Assembly (NCBI GenBank): GCA_963752285.1
Contig: CAVVXN010000005.1
Span: 608,001-672,000, forward strand
Source of the DNA: an uncultured Planctomycetota bacterium
GTDB taxonomy: Bacteria; Planctomycetota; PLA2; JAEUHO01
DNA length: 64,000 bases
Direction of reading: 5' to 3'
Shown: in pieces, positions 20,337-30,272 of the stretch
Numbering within the stretch: position 1 is the stretch's first letter
How the letters are laid out: the number at the start of each line of letters is the position of its first letter
Translations under genes and position numbers: made by a program
The notes under the pieces: model-generated
The model's input: only the letters and a program-made list of their open reading frames with translations
Told to the model about the DNA's origin: nothing
Database searches by the model: none

Positions 20337-21206
20337 GTGCGCTATCGCGAGCCCGTCTTCCGACCGCCTTCCGAGGCCGACTCGTACCTGCTCCACGTGA
20401 CGTACGGGTGCAGCCACAACGAGTGCACGTACTGCGCGATGTACCGCACGAAGCGGTTCGAGGTGCGCCCCGAGAACGAGGTCTTCGAGGACATCGAGGC
20501 CGCCGCGCGCGTCCTCCCGGGGACGCGCCGGGTCTTCCTGCTCGACGGCGACGCCTTGACGCTCTCCACCCGCCGTCTCCTCCCGATCCTCGACGCGCTC
20601 CGCGCGGCCTTCCCCGAGCTGCAGCGGGTGGGGGCGTACGCGAACGCGATCTCGGTGGGCTCCAAGACCGACGACGAGCTCGCGGCGCTTCGCGCGCACG
20701 GCCTCGGGATCGCGTACCTCGGCCTCGAGACCGGGCACGACCTCGTGAACGAGCGGATCCGGAAGGGCGCGACCGTGGAGGCGCAGGTCGTGGCGGTCCG
20801 ACGCGCCGAGGCCGCGGGCATCAAGATGAGCGTCATGGTGCTCCTCGGCGTCGCGGGACGGGAGCTCAGCCACGAGCACGCGGTCGCGACGGGTCGCGCG
20901 GTGACGCGCATGGACCCCCGTTTCGTCTCGTGCCTCTGCGTGACCCCGGTTCCGGGGACGCCGCTCTACGACGACGTCCAGGCCGGCCGGTTCGCGATGC
21001 TCGAGCCCGGCGAGACCCTCGACGAGCTGCGGACCCTGGTGGACCACCTCGACCTCTCCGGCGCGGTCTTCCGCAGCAACCACGCGAGCAACCACCTGCC
21101 GCTCGGCGGCCGGCTCCCCGCCGACAAGGCGCGCCTCCTCGAGGCCATCGACCGGGCCCGCGCGGGGCAGATCCCCCTACGGCCGTCCTGGGCCCGCGGT
21201 CTCTGA
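20337..21206 (+). CDS. Radical SAM protein
   Basis: FRPPSEADS, GCSHNECTYCAMY cluster motif, FLLDGDAL, FRSNHASN. Confidence 0.9.
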   Translation: MRYREPVFRPPSEADSYLLHVTYGCSHNECTYCAMYRTKRFEVRPENEVFEDIEAAARVLPGTRRVFLLDGDALTLSTRRLLPILDALRAAFPELQRVGAYANAISVGSKTDDELAALRAHGLGIAYLGLETGHDLVNERIRKGATVEAQVVAVRRAEAAGIKMSVMVLLGVAGRELSHEHAVATGRAVTRMDPRFVSCLCVTPVPGTPLYDDVQAGRFAMLEPGETLDELRTLVDHLDLSGAVFRSNHASNHLPLGGRLPADKARLLEAIDRARAGQIPLRPSWARGL

Positions 21207-21315
21207 GCGGGCGGGGCGCGGACGCGCGGAGAGAGCGCCCTGCAGCCCGGACGGGCTTCGGCCGACCTCTACTAGGGACCGTCCGCCCCGTCCGTACGCT
21301 CGTGGGGTCCGCCCG

Positions 21316-22812
21316 ATGCGCCGCCCGTCCTCCCCCTGCGCCCGCCGGGCGCCCGTCCGGTCCGCCTGGACCCTCCTCGCCCTGGCGCTCTTCGGCGCGC
21401 TCGCCCCCCTCGCGCCGGCCGAGGCCGCGAAGCGCGCGGCGCTCGCCGACCGGCTCGCCCAGGTCGTAGCGAAGGCGCACCTCCCCGCGGGGCGCTACGG
21501 GGTCGCGGTCGTGACCCGGGGCCTTCGGCCGCGGGTCGTGTACGCCGAGGGGCACAACGACCCGCTCCGGCCGGCCTCCGTCGCGAAGGTCCTGACCGCC
21601 GCGGCGGCGCTGGACCTGCTCGGTCCCGCGTACGACTTCGAGACCGCAGTCACCCTCCGGGGCGTCGTCCAGCCGGACGGCACGCTCGAGGGCGACGTGG
21701 TGGTCCACGGGACGGGCGACCCGAACCTCTCGGGCCGGTTCGAGGAGGGGGACCCGCTCCGGCTCCTCGACCGGTTCGCCGCCGCCGTGCGCAAGGCGGG
21801 CGTCCGGCGGGTGACCGGTGCGGTCGTCCTCGACGACGGCCGGTTCGACCGCGCGTACTTCCACCCGACCTGGAGCGCGGGCGACCGCGCGCGCTGGTAC
21901 GGCGCGGGTGTCTCGGGCCTCGCGTTCAACGACGGGTGCGCGGACCTCGAGGTGACCGGCGCCCGGGTCGCGGGGCACCCCGCGAAGGTCGAGGCGGTCT
22001 CCACGCTCGGCGGATGGGACCTCGACGGGCGCGTGTCCACGATCGCCACCGGGCGGACCACGGTGGGGGCGACGTGGGTGTCGGGCCCGGCGCTCCGCGT
22101 CGCGGGCGAGATCCCCGCGGGGCGTACGTACACGTTCTCGCACCCGGTCCCCGACCCGCTGGCCTTCTTCGGCTCCGCCTTCCTCTCGCGCCTCGCGCAC
22201 GCGGGCGTGGCCGTGCGCGGGGGGTCGCGTCCGGCGCGCGACGAGGCCGACCGTCGTCCCGGCGGGACCCTGGTCGTCCGCCACCGCTCGTCGATGGACG
22301 CGACGCTCGAGGTCATGAACCACCGCAGCCAGAACTTCTACGCGGCGATGCTATTCAAGGCCGCGGGCGCGGCGCTCGAGGGCCGCGGGACGTGGGAGAG
22401 CGGCGAGCGCGCGGTGCGCGAGGTCCTGCGGCGCCGCGGCCTCGACCCGGACGGGGCGACGCACATCGTGGACGGCGCGGGCCTCTCGCTCGACGACCGG
22501 ACGACCGCCGCCACCGTCGCGCGCCTCCTGGTGTCGATGGACCACGACCTCCTGCGCGGCCCGGTCCTCGTCTCGTCGCTGGCCGTTCCCGGCGAGGACG
22601 GGACCCTCAGGAACCGGCTCCGCACGGGCGACCTGCCCCGCCGCCTCCACGCGAAGACGGGGACCTTGTCGCGGCACGGCGTCCACGCGCTCGCGGGCTA
22701 TCTCGACGGGCGTCCGGGCGAGAACGGGTACGCGTTCGCGATCCTGATCGACACGCCGAAGGCGGGCCGCGCCCTGATCGACGAGCTGGTTCTGGAGATG
22801 GCGCGCCCATGA
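21316..22812 (+). CDS. dacB: D-alanyl-D-alanine carboxypeptidase/endopeptidase (PBP4, peptidase S13)
   Basis: PASVAK (SxxK), GTGDP, SQN (SxN), DGAGLS, AKTGTL, LAGY. Confidence 0.93.
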   Translation: MRRPSSPCARRAPVRSAWTLLALALFGALAPLAPAEAAKRAALADRLAQVVAKAHLPAGRYGVAVVTRGLRPRVVYAEGHNDPLRPASVAKVLTAAAALDLLGPAYDFETAVTLRGVVQPDGTLEGDVVVHGTGDPNLSGRFEEGDPLRLLDRFAAAVRKAGVRRVTGAVVLDDGRFDRAYFHPTWSAGDRARWYGAGVSGLAFNDGCADLEVTGARVAGHPAKVEAVSTLGGWDLDGRVSTIATGRTTVGATWVSGPALRVAGEIPAGRTYTFSHPVPDPLAFFGSAFLSRLAHAGVAVRGGSRPARDEADRRPGGTLVVRHRSSMDATLEVMNHRSQNFYAAMLFKAAGAALEGRGTWESGERAVREVLRRRGLDPDGATHIVDGAGLSLDDRTTAATVARLLVSMDHDLLRGPVLVSSLAVPGEDGTLRNRLRTGDLPRRLHAKTGTLSRHGVHALAGYLDGRPGENGYAFAILIDTPKAGRALIDELVLEMARP

Positions 22813-24152
22813 GCGTGCCCGCGGGCGACGCGCCGTCGGCACGGGCGCCGCTCGCCGACCGGCTGCGACCGCGGTCGCCGGACGAGGTCGAGGGCCAGGA
22901 CCGCGTCCTCGGCCCCGGCACGCTCCTCGACACGGCGTTTCGCACCGGCGAGGTACCGAGCCTGGTCCTCTGGGGCCCGCCCGGCAGCGGGAAGACCACG
23001 CTCGCGCGGCTCCTCGCCGAGCACTCGGGCGCGGTCTTCGAGTCGCTCTCGGCCGTGACCTCGGGCGTGAAGGACGTCCGCGCGATCGTGGCCGAGGCGC
23101 GCGCGCGTCGCGAGGAGGGGAAGGGGACGCTCCTCTTCGTGGACGAGATCCACCGGTTCAATCGGGCGCAGCAGGACGCCTTCCTCCCGCACGTGGAGGA
23201 CGGCACGATCCTCCTCGTCGGGGCCACGACGGAGAACCCCGGGTTCGCCCTGGTCGGCGCCCTGCTCTCGCGGCTCCGGGTCGTCCGGCTCGAGCCCCTC
23301 GACGACACGGCGCTCCACCGCGTGCTCGACCGCGCGCTCGAGGACCCCGGGCGCGGCCTCGGTGGCGCGGTCGAGATCACGGAGGCGGGCCGGCGGGCCC
23401 TCGTCGAGGTCGCGGGGGGAGACGCGCGCCGGCTCCTGAACGCGCTCGAGAGCGCGGTCGTGCTGGCGCGGGAGCGCGACGCCGTGGCGGTCGACGAGGA
23501 CGTCGTGGTGGAGGCGGCGCAGGTCCGGCTCGTTCCCTACGACAAGTCGGGCGACGACCGTTACGACCTCCTCTCGGCGTTCCACAAGTCGCTCCGCGGG
23601 AGCGACGCCGACGCCTCGCTGTTCTGGATGGCCCGGATGCTCGAGGCCGGCGAGGACCCCCTCGTGATCGTGCGGCGCATGGTCGCGATGGCCTCCGAGG
23701 ACGTCGGCCTCGCCGACCCCCTGGCGCTGCGCCTCGCGCTCGACGCGTGGCAGGCGGTCTCCGTCCTCGGCTTGCCCGAGGGGGCGCTCGCGATGACGCA
23801 CGCGTGCTGCTACCTCGCCTCGGCGCCGAAGTCGAACACGGTCGTCCGGGCGCTCGGCGCGGCCCAGGAGGCCGCGCGCCGCCACCCGGACGTGCCGGTG
23901 CCCCTGCACATCCGCAACGCGCCGACGGGGTTCGCGCGGTCGCTCGGACACGGGAAGGGGTACCAGTACCCGCACGACTTCCCCCATGCGTCGGTGCCGC
24001 AGGCGTACCTCCCCGAGTCGCTCGAGGCGCTCCGGCTCTTCGACCCGCGCGAGGTGGGAGACGAGCGCGAGGTGGTGAAGCGTCACCAGTGGTGGGCGCG
24101 GCAGCGCGCCCGCGGCCGCGCGGGAGACGAGAAGCCCCCGGCGTCTGAGTAG
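22809..24152 (+). CDS. rarA: Replication-associated recombination protein A (RarA/MgsA)
   Basis: PLADRLRP, WGPPGSGKTT, DEIHRFNRAQQD, GATTENP, SAFHKSLRGSD, ASEDVGLAD, PKSN, VPLHIRNAPT, YQYPHD. ATGA overlap with dacB. Confidence 0.95.
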   Translation: MSVPAGDAPSARAPLADRLRPRSPDEVEGQDRVLGPGTLLDTAFRTGEVPSLVLWGPPGSGKTTLARLLAEHSGAVFESLSAVTSGVKDVRAIVAEARARREEGKGTLLFVDEIHRFNRAQQDAFLPHVEDGTILLVGATTENPGFALVGALLSRLRVVRLEPLDDTALHRVLDRALEDPGRGLGGAVEITEAGRRALVEVAGGDARRLLNALESAVVLARERDAVAVDEDVVVEAAQVRLVPYDKSGDDRYDLLSAFHKSLRGSDADASLFWMARMLEAGEDPLVIVRRMVAMASEDVGLADPLALRLALDAWQAVSVLGLPEGALAMTHACCYLASAPKSNTVVRALGAAQEAARRHPDVPVPLHIRNAPTGFARSLGHGKGYQYPHDFPHASVPQAYLPESLEALRLFDPREVGDEREVVKRHQWWARQRARGRAGDEKPPASE

Positions 24153-24191
24153 CCTCGCAGGTCGCGCGGCGGGTCGGCCGTCGCGGGGAGG

Positions 24192-25019
24192 ATGGCCGTG
24201 CTCGACGCCATGCGCGAGATCGCGGAGGAGGCGGGTCGTCTGCTCCTCGATCGCTTCGGTCGCCTCGCCCCCGGCGAGATCGAGCGAATCGGTCGGCGCG
24301 ACGTGGTGACCCGCGCGGACCGGGAGAGCGAGGAGCTGATCCGGGCGCGGCTCGTCCGCGCGTTTCCCGGGGTCCCGATGCTCGGCGAGGAGGGCGCGAA
24401 GGGGAGCCGCTCCCGGGCGGTCGCCGGCGAGGGCCCCGTATTCGTGGTGGACCCCCTCGACGGGACCGTGAACTTCGTCCAGGGGCTGCCGATCTTCTCG
24501 GTCTCGATCGGCTACGTGGAGCAGGGCGTGCCGCTGGCCGGCGTCGTCCACCTCCCGGTGCTCTCCCAGACGTTCCTCGGCGCGCCCGGTAGCGGGGCCT
24601 TCGAGGGCGACCGGCCGATCTCGGTCAGCGTGACGCCCTTCGTGGAGGAGGCGATCCTCGCGACCGGCTTCTCGTACCTCCGGAACGAGAAGAGGGACGA
24701 CAACTTCGAGCACGTGCGCCGTCTGGGCCTCCGGGCCCGGGGGCTCAGGCGGATGGGGTCGGCGGCGGTGGACCTCGCCTACGTCGCCTCGGGGCGCCTC
24801 GACGGCTACTGGGAGCTCCACCTGTCTCCCTGGGACGTCGCCGCCGGCGGCGCGATCGTGCGGGCGGCCGGTGGGTGCGTGACGGACCTCCAGGGCGGGG
24901 AGGACTGGCTCTTCGGGGGCCACCTGCTCGCCACGAACGGCCTCCTCCACGAGGCGATGCGGGAGGCGCTCCCGGTGGAGGCCGAGGACGAGGGACCGGC
25001 GCGCGGCGCCGCGCCGTAG
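24192..25019 (+). CDS. suhB: Inositol monophosphatase family protein
   Basis: VTRAD, GEE, VDPLDGTVNF, RRMGSAAVDLAYVASGRLDGYWE, PWDVAAG. Confidence 0.92.
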   Translation: MAVLDAMREIAEEAGRLLLDRFGRLAPGEIERIGRRDVVTRADRESEELIRARLVRAFPGVPMLGEEGAKGSRSRAVAGEGPVFVVDPLDGTVNFVQGLPIFSVSIGYVEQGVPLAGVVHLPVLSQTFLGAPGSGAFEGDRPISVSVTPFVEEAILATGFSYLRNEKRDDNFEHVRRLGLRARGLRRMGSAAVDLAYVASGRLDGYWELHLSPWDVAAGGAIVRAAGGCVTDLQGGEDWLFGGHLLATNGLLHEAMREALPVEAEDEGPARGAAP

Positions 25020-25052
25020 GCGGTCGGTTCGACACGAGGGGGGGCGGAATGC

Positions 25053-25080
25053 TTGACCCCCCTCGGCCTCGGCCTACCTT
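25053..25080 (+). promoter_or_regulatory. sigma70-like promoter of the XPB operon
   Basis: TTGACC (25053-58), 16 bp, TACCTT (25075-80). Confidence 0.55.
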
Positions 25081-25176
25081 CGACCGCTTGCCCCCGCGAT
25101 TTCCGACCCCGGACCGAGGACCGGCCCCTGACCCCCTCGGTGGCCCCCGGGGGCGGCCGAGGGGCCTCGGCCCCCG

Positions 25177-26880
25177 ATGACCTACGCGTCCGAACTGCCG
25201 CTCATCGTCCAGAGCGACCGCTCCGTCCTGCTGGAGGTCGGAGGCCCCCGATACGAGGAGGCCCGGGACGCGATCAGCCCGTTCTGCGAGCTCCTGAAGT
25301 CGCCGGAGCACGTCCACACCTACCGCATCACCCCGCTCTCGATCTGGAACGCGGCGGCGGCGGGCCTGACCGCGGTCGATATGGCGGGCGCGCTCGAGCG
25401 GCTGAGCCGCTTCCCGGTCCCTCAGAACGTACGCCGGGACGTCGAGGACCTCCACCGGCGGTACGGGCGGCTCCGGCTCGTCCCGCGGGAGGGCGTCGGT
25501 CCCTCCTACGCCCTGGAGGCCGAGGACGACGACCTGCTCCAGCTCGTACGGTCGAGCGCCCTTACGAAGGACATGGTGGGGGAGCCCGAGGACGGCCGGC
25601 TGCCCGTCGAGGCCCAGTACCGCGGGGAGGTGAAGAGGGCGCTCGTGAAGCTGGGATGGCCCGTCGAGGACGTCGGCGGCTACGTCGAAGGCGGCCCGCT
25701 CGCCGTGCACCTCCGGGAGGCGCTCCCCGACGGCCGGACGTTCCGGCTCCGCGACTACCAGCACGAGGCGGTGGACGTGTTCCACCGCGACGGCAGCGCG
25801 CTCGGCGGGAGCGGGGTGGTGGTCCTGCCCTGCGGCGCGGGCAAGACGATCGTCGGGCTCGGCGCCATGGCGCGGATCGGCCGGAAGACGCTGATCCTCA
25901 CGACGAACCACACCGCGGTCGCCCAGTGGCGGTCCGAGCTCTTGTCGAAGACCGACCTCCGGCCCGAAGACGTCGGCGAGTACACGGGCCTCGTGAAGGA
26001 GGTCCGGCCGGTCACGATCACCACGTACCAGATCCTCACGTGGCGCCGTCGCAAGACCGACCCGTTCGTCCACTTCGAGCTCTTCCAGCAGAACGACTGG
26101 GGTCTCGTCGTGTACGACGAGGTGCACCTGCTCCCCGCGCCCGTGTTCCGCGTCACCGCCGACCTGCAGGCGACACGTCGCCTCGGCCTGACGGCCACCC
26201 TCGTCCGCGAGGACGGCTGCGAGGAGGAAGTGTTCACGCTCATCGGTCCCAAGCGCTACGACGTCCCGTGGAAGGTTCTCGAGCGGAAGGGCTGGATCGC
26301 CGAGGCGACGTGCCGCGAGGTACGGGTCAAGATGGACGCGGAGCTCAAGCGTCGCTACGCGGTCTCGGGCGCGCGGCAGCGGTTCCGGCTGGCCGCGGAG
26401 AACCCCGCGAAGACCGATCTGATCGACCGGATCCTCGGCCACCACGACGACGACAAGATCCTGGTCATCGGGCAGTACCTGGACCAGCTCGAGCGCGTCG
26501 CGCGCCACCTCGATGCCCCGATCATCACGGGGCGCACGCCCAAGGCCGACCGACTCGAGCTCTACGGCCGGTTCCGGGACGGCGACCTTCGCGTGCTCGT
26601 GGTGAGCAAGGTCGGCAACTTCGCGGTGGACCTTCCGGCCGCGAGCGTGATCGTTCAGATCTCGGGCACGTTCGGCTCCCGGCAGGAGGAGGCGCAGCGG
26701 CTCGGGCGCGTGCTCCGGCCCAAGGAGGACGGGCGTCGCGCGGTCTTCTACAGCCTCGTCAGCGACGAGACCGTCGAGCAGGACTTCGGCCAGCACCGCC
26801 AGCTCTTCCTGACGGAGCAGGGGTACGCGTACGAGATCCTCGACGGTCACGCGCTCGGGAACGGGAAGACGACCGCATGA
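25177..26880 (+). CDS. Bacterial XPB/Ssl2-type SF2 DNA helicase
   Basis: PLIVQSDRSVLLEV...KSPEHVHTYRITPLSIWNA N-domain, LRDYQ, LPCGAGKT, DEVH, GLTATLVRED, QISGTFGSRQEEAQRLGRVLRPK. Confidence 0.95.
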   Translation: MTYASELPLIVQSDRSVLLEVGGPRYEEARDAISPFCELLKSPEHVHTYRITPLSIWNAAAAGLTAVDMAGALERLSRFPVPQNVRRDVEDLHRRYGRLRLVPREGVGPSYALEAEDDDLLQLVRSSALTKDMVGEPEDGRLPVEAQYRGEVKRALVKLGWPVEDVGGYVEGGPLAVHLREALPDGRTFRLRDYQHEAVDVFHRDGSALGGSGVVVLPCGAGKTIVGLGAMARIGRKTLILTTNHTAVAQWRSELLSKTDLRPEDVGEYTGLVKEVRPVTITTYQILTWRRRKTDPFVHFELFQQNDWGLVVYDEVHLLPAPVFRVTADLQATRRLGLTATLVREDGCEEEVFTLIGPKRYDVPWKVLERKGWIAEATCREVRVKMDAELKRRYAVSGARQRFRLAAENPAKTDLIDRILGHHDDDKILVIGQYLDQLERVARHLDAPIITGRTPKADRLELYGRFRDGDLRVLVVSKVGNFAVDLPAASVIVQISGTFGSRQEEAQRLGRVLRPKEDGRRAVFYSLVSDETVEQDFGQHRQLFLTEQGYAYEILDGHALGNGKTTA

Positions 26881-28961
26881 GCGAGCGGGGGAACGGAGCG
26901 CGCCACAAGAACGGGGCGTCCACGACGCTGCACAAGCACCTCGACACGCTCCGGGTCGCGGACCTGAGGGACGTCTACGCGTTCTGGCGCCCCGACGACG
27001 CCGCGCAACAGCTCGGCAAGCGCGAGCTGGTCTCGGGTCTCGAGGAGACGATGTCCCAGGAGGGAACCGTCTACCGCCGCGTACGAACGCTCACCCGGAA
27101 GGTGCTCGAGGTCCTCTTGCTCCTGCTCCGGCGACCGAGCTTCGCGTCCGACCTGCCGGGGCTCTTCCAGAGGCTCCCGGGCGAGGGCCCGCTCGATCTC
27201 GAGTACCACGAGGCGGAAGCGGGCGTGAAGGCGCTCTGCCGCCGGGGGTTCCTGGCCGAGGTCAGCGACCGCCGCATGGCGACGAACGGCCGCGTTCTCT
27301 ACGCGGTCCCCGACGAGCTCGGCCAGATGCTCACCTCGCTGTTCCGCGAGGAGACGCGAACGGTCTCGAGCGTGTTCACGCTCGGGGGTCACCTCGCGGC
27401 GATCACCGCGTCCGAACGCGAGGAACTCCGCGGGGCGTTCCCCGACCTCCCGCCCGCGCCGGCGTCCGGAGACGCGCGGACGCTCCTCGCCGGCGATGGC
27501 TCGGACCATCTCTTGCGGCGCCTCGACCCGAAGATGGCCGAGGTCGTCCGCTACGTCGCCTCGCGGCACGGAGGCTTCCTCACGCGCGCGATCTGGTCGG
27601 CGCGCCGGGCGCTCCGGGACGTGCGGTGGGACCGCGAACGCTGGTCGAAGGCGCTCGAGGGCGCGGCGGTCGGCACGGTCGCGAGGCTCTCGCTCCAGGG
27701 CTACGGCATCGCGTGTGAGGACGAGGCGGTCGTCGTGTTCCGCGAGGTGCTCGAGGACCTGATCCGCCGCGCGCCGGACGGCCTGCCCGACGGCGCCGAG
27801 GTGATCCGCTCGGGCGGCGATCTGGTCGCGGACCTCTGCGCCTTCCTCGAGCACGTGCGGCGCCAACCCGTGAAGGTGGGCCGCAAGGGCGAGGTCCACA
27901 AGGCGAGCCGGCGCAAGATCCAGGACGGGTTCGTGTGGCGTGAGACGTTCCTCGCGGGGCCCACCGAGGTCTGGGGCGAGATCGTGACGGCCGTCGAGTC
28001 GCTCGGCCTCGTGCGCACCGACGACGAGAGCTTCCTCGAGCTCACGCCCGCGTCGGAGCGCTTCCTCGGACTGCCGCTCGAGGAGAAGGCGCAGGAGCTC
28101 TACCGCGTCGCGCTCGAGCACACGAGCCCGGGCGGGGGGCGGAGCCTCCACCAGCACGAGGTCCGCGCGCAGGTCGGCGACGTGCTCCGCGACGAGCCCG
28201 AACGCTGGTGGACCGCGCGTTCGCTCGCCGCCGTGAGCCGGCACCGCTACCTGTCCACGCTCGACGAGCGTCGGATCCAGGACCGGCACCGTGACCGTCA
28301 CTTCTCCGCGTACTTCTCGGGCAAGGAGACCCCGCGCGACCTCCTCTCCCTGACCGAGCACGGATGGCTGAAGCGCCTCCACGTGCTGGGGCTCCTCGAC
28401 GTGGCGGCGCGGGACGAGCGCGCGCTCGCGTGGCGGCTGTCTCCGCTCGGCGCGCGCGTCCTCGGAGCGACCGCACCGGGGCTCGACACGGGACTGAGAC
28501 CCCTCCTCGTGAACCCCGACTTCGAGATCGTCGTGCTGCCCGAGGGCGACGTCTCGGACGTCGTGCACACGCTCGACGGCTGGGCGCAGCGAGTGAAGAG
28601 CGGCGACGTCGTCCACTTCCGGCTGACGCGGGAGTCGGTCCAGGCCGCCGTGGGGGCCGGTCGGGCGCTCTCGGAGATCCAGGAGTTCCTGGATGCGCGC
28701 TCGCGGGGCCCGGTCCCCCAGAACGTCTCGTACACGATCGCCGACTGGGCGAACCGGGTCGCCTTCGCGTCGATGGAGCGGGGCGTCGTGCTGCGGGTGG
28801 AGAACGAGTCGGCCCTCGAGACGATCCTCCAGCTCCCCGACGTCGCCCGCCTGCTCCTGAGACGTCTCAGTCCCACGGAGGCCCTGCTCAAGGACGCGCC
28901 CCAGGACCGGCGCCTCCTCGCGGGCCTCCGCTCGCTCGGGATCTACTTGAAGGAGGGGTAG
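26877..28961 (+). CDS. XPB-associated protein with Helicase_C_3-like domain
   Basis: ATGA overlap with XPB. C-terminal LLVNPDFEIV...FRLTRESVQAA...EFLDARSRGPVPQNVSYTIADW resembles the XPB N-domain. Confidence 0.85.
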   Translation: MSERGNGARHKNGASTTLHKHLDTLRVADLRDVYAFWRPDDAAQQLGKRELVSGLEETMSQEGTVYRRVRTLTRKVLEVLLLLLRRPSFASDLPGLFQRLPGEGPLDLEYHEAEAGVKALCRRGFLAEVSDRRMATNGRVLYAVPDELGQMLTSLFREETRTVSSVFTLGGHLAAITASEREELRGAFPDLPPAPASGDARTLLAGDGSDHLLRRLDPKMAEVVRYVASRHGGFLTRAIWSARRALRDVRWDRERWSKALEGAAVGTVARLSLQGYGIACEDEAVVVFREVLEDLIRRAPDGLPDGAEVIRSGGDLVADLCAFLEHVRRQPVKVGRKGEVHKASRRKIQDGFVWRETFLAGPTEVWGEIVTAVESLGLVRTDDESFLELTPASERFLGLPLEEKAQELYRVALEHTSPGGGRSLHQHEVRAQVGDVLRDEPERWWTARSLAAVSRHRYLSTLDERRIQDRHRDRHFSAYFSGKETPRDLLSLTEHGWLKRLHVLGLLDVAARDERALAWRLSPLGARVLGATAPGLDTGLRPLLVNPDFEIVVLPEGDVSDVVHTLDGWAQRVKSGDVVHFRLTRESVQAAVGAGRALSEIQEFLDARSRGPVPQNVSYTIADWANRVAFASMERGVVLRVENESALETILQLPDVARLLLRRLSPTEALLKDAPQDRRLLAGLRSLGIYLKEG

Positions 28962-29008
28962 TCGGCGGCCCGCCGCGGGCTCGGCCCGGCCGGGGCCCCG
29001 GAACCGAC

Positions 29009-29036
29009 TTGCGTCCCCTCGCTCCGCGGGGACAAT
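29009..29036 (+). promoter_or_regulatory. sigma70-like promoter
   Basis: TTGCGT (29009-14), 16 bp, GACAAT (29031-36), upstream of the small basic ORF. Confidence 0.45.
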
Positions 29037-29101
29037 CCGCCGTTCGCCCCCGGTCTCCGGACTCGGGGCGTGGACCCCCGACGGCGAGGCGCGAGCGAAC
29101 G

Positions 29102-29317
29102 ATGAGCGGAAGCGGCGGCCAGAAGCACCGACTGATCGAGCAGCGGCAGAAGCGGAACCAGCGCCGCAAGAAGGCCATCGCGTCGATTCGCCGCGCGCGC
29201 GGCCTCTTCGAGGCGAAGGGCCAGGCCTGGGACCCGCTCAACAATCCGCAGCAGATGGCCGCGTTGAACCACCAGGGCCGCCGGCACGTGAACCGTCCGG
29301 AGTCCGCGAAGCGGTAG
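29102..29317 (+). CDS. Small basic protein (71 aa)
   Basis: MSGSGGQKHRLIEQRQKRNQRRKKAIASIRRARG...; coding-like codon usage, rich in K/Q/N unlike shadow ORFs. Confidence 0.7.
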   Translation: MSGSGGQKHRLIEQRQKRNQRRKKAIASIRRARGLFEAKGQAWDPLNNPQQMAALNHQGRRHVNRPESAKR

Positions 29318-29322
29318 CCTGC

Positions 29323-29889
29323 GTGCACGGGTCGGGCGTTCCCCGCCGACTTCCCGTCCGCTCGCTCTCGGTCCTGGTCCTGGCCGCCGGCCTCGCCGTC
29401 GTCGGCTGCGGGCCCGAGGATCCCGCCGGCTCCGCCGCCGACGGGACGGTCGCCCGCGCCGCCGCGATCGAGAAGGCGGCCGAGGGGCTGCGGGCGCCGA
29501 CGGCCGCGCGGCGCCTCGCCTCCCTGAAGGAGATCGCGAAGGACCCCGGGCTCGCGAAGGCGCTCGTCCCGGGGGTCGCCGCGCTCCTCGCGGACGACAA
29601 CCGCTGGGTCCGTCAGGCCGCGGCGGACGCGCTCTACCAGGCCGGCGACGCCGCGTTGCCGGCCGTGGACGCGCTGGCGCGGGCGCTCCTCGACACCGAC
29701 TCGTTCGTGCGCTGGCGGTCCGCGAAGGTCCTCGCCCGGCTCGGTCCGGCCGCGAGCGCTGCGCTCCCCGCGCTCGAGGCGGAGGCGAGCGCGCCCGACG
29801 AGACCGCGCTCGGGCACTACTGGTCCACGGAGGCCGTCCGACGGATCCGCGGCGTGCCAGAGAAGGGCCAAGAGGACCTCCCGCGGTAG
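29323..29889 (+). CDS. HEAT-repeat lipoprotein
   Basis: Lipobox AVVGC. LLADDNRWVRQAAADAL, LLDTDSFVRWRSAKVL. Confidence 0.8.
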   Translation: MHGSGVPRRLPVRSLSVLVLAAGLAVVGCGPEDPAGSAADGTVARAAAIEKAAEGLRAPTAARRLASLKEIAKDPGLAKALVPGVAALLADDNRWVRQAAADALYQAGDAALPAVDALARALLDTDSFVRWRSAKVLARLGPAASAALPALEAEASAPDETALGHYWSTEAVRRIRGVPEKGQEDLPR

Positions 29890-29914
29890 GCTCGGGCGCG
29901 TGGAGGGTACCGAC

Positions 29915-30184
29915 ATGCCGCACGCCGTGACGCCGGTTCCCACGCCCAACCCGAACGCGATCCGCTTCACCTTCGAGAAGGGCGTCCTCGGTCCCACGAG
30001 CCGGACGTTCAAGGACGCAGGGGCCGCCGAGGGGACCGCCTGGGCCGAAGCGCTGTTCGAGATCCCGGGCGTCGTGAGCCTGTTCGGAGTGAACGACTTC
30101 GTGACCGTGACGAAGGACAAGTCGACGTCGTGGGAGGCGATCATCCCCCAGATCGTGGACGTGCTCCGCTCCGCCACGATCTGA
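29915..30184 (+). CDS. NifU/Nfu N-terminal domain protein
   Basis: PTPNPNAIRF...ALFEIPGVVSLFGVNDFVTVTK...W. Confidence 0.88.
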   Translation: MPHAVTPVPTPNPNAIRFTFEKGVLGPTSRTFKDAGAAEGTAWAEALFEIPGVVSLFGVNDFVTVTKDKSTSWEAIIPQIVDVLRSATI

Positions 30185-30272
30185 CGCCGGACCCAGGCGC
30201 GCGCGGGACGCGGGGGCGTTCTTCGGCGCACGGGACGCGCGTACGGCTTTTGGCGCGCGGGGCGTGCGACGG

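Noticed and set aside
25053..28961. Apparent single 1302-aa ORF overlapping XPB
   Set aside because: Its first 608 codons are an alternative frame over XPB; the real gene starts at ATG 26877.
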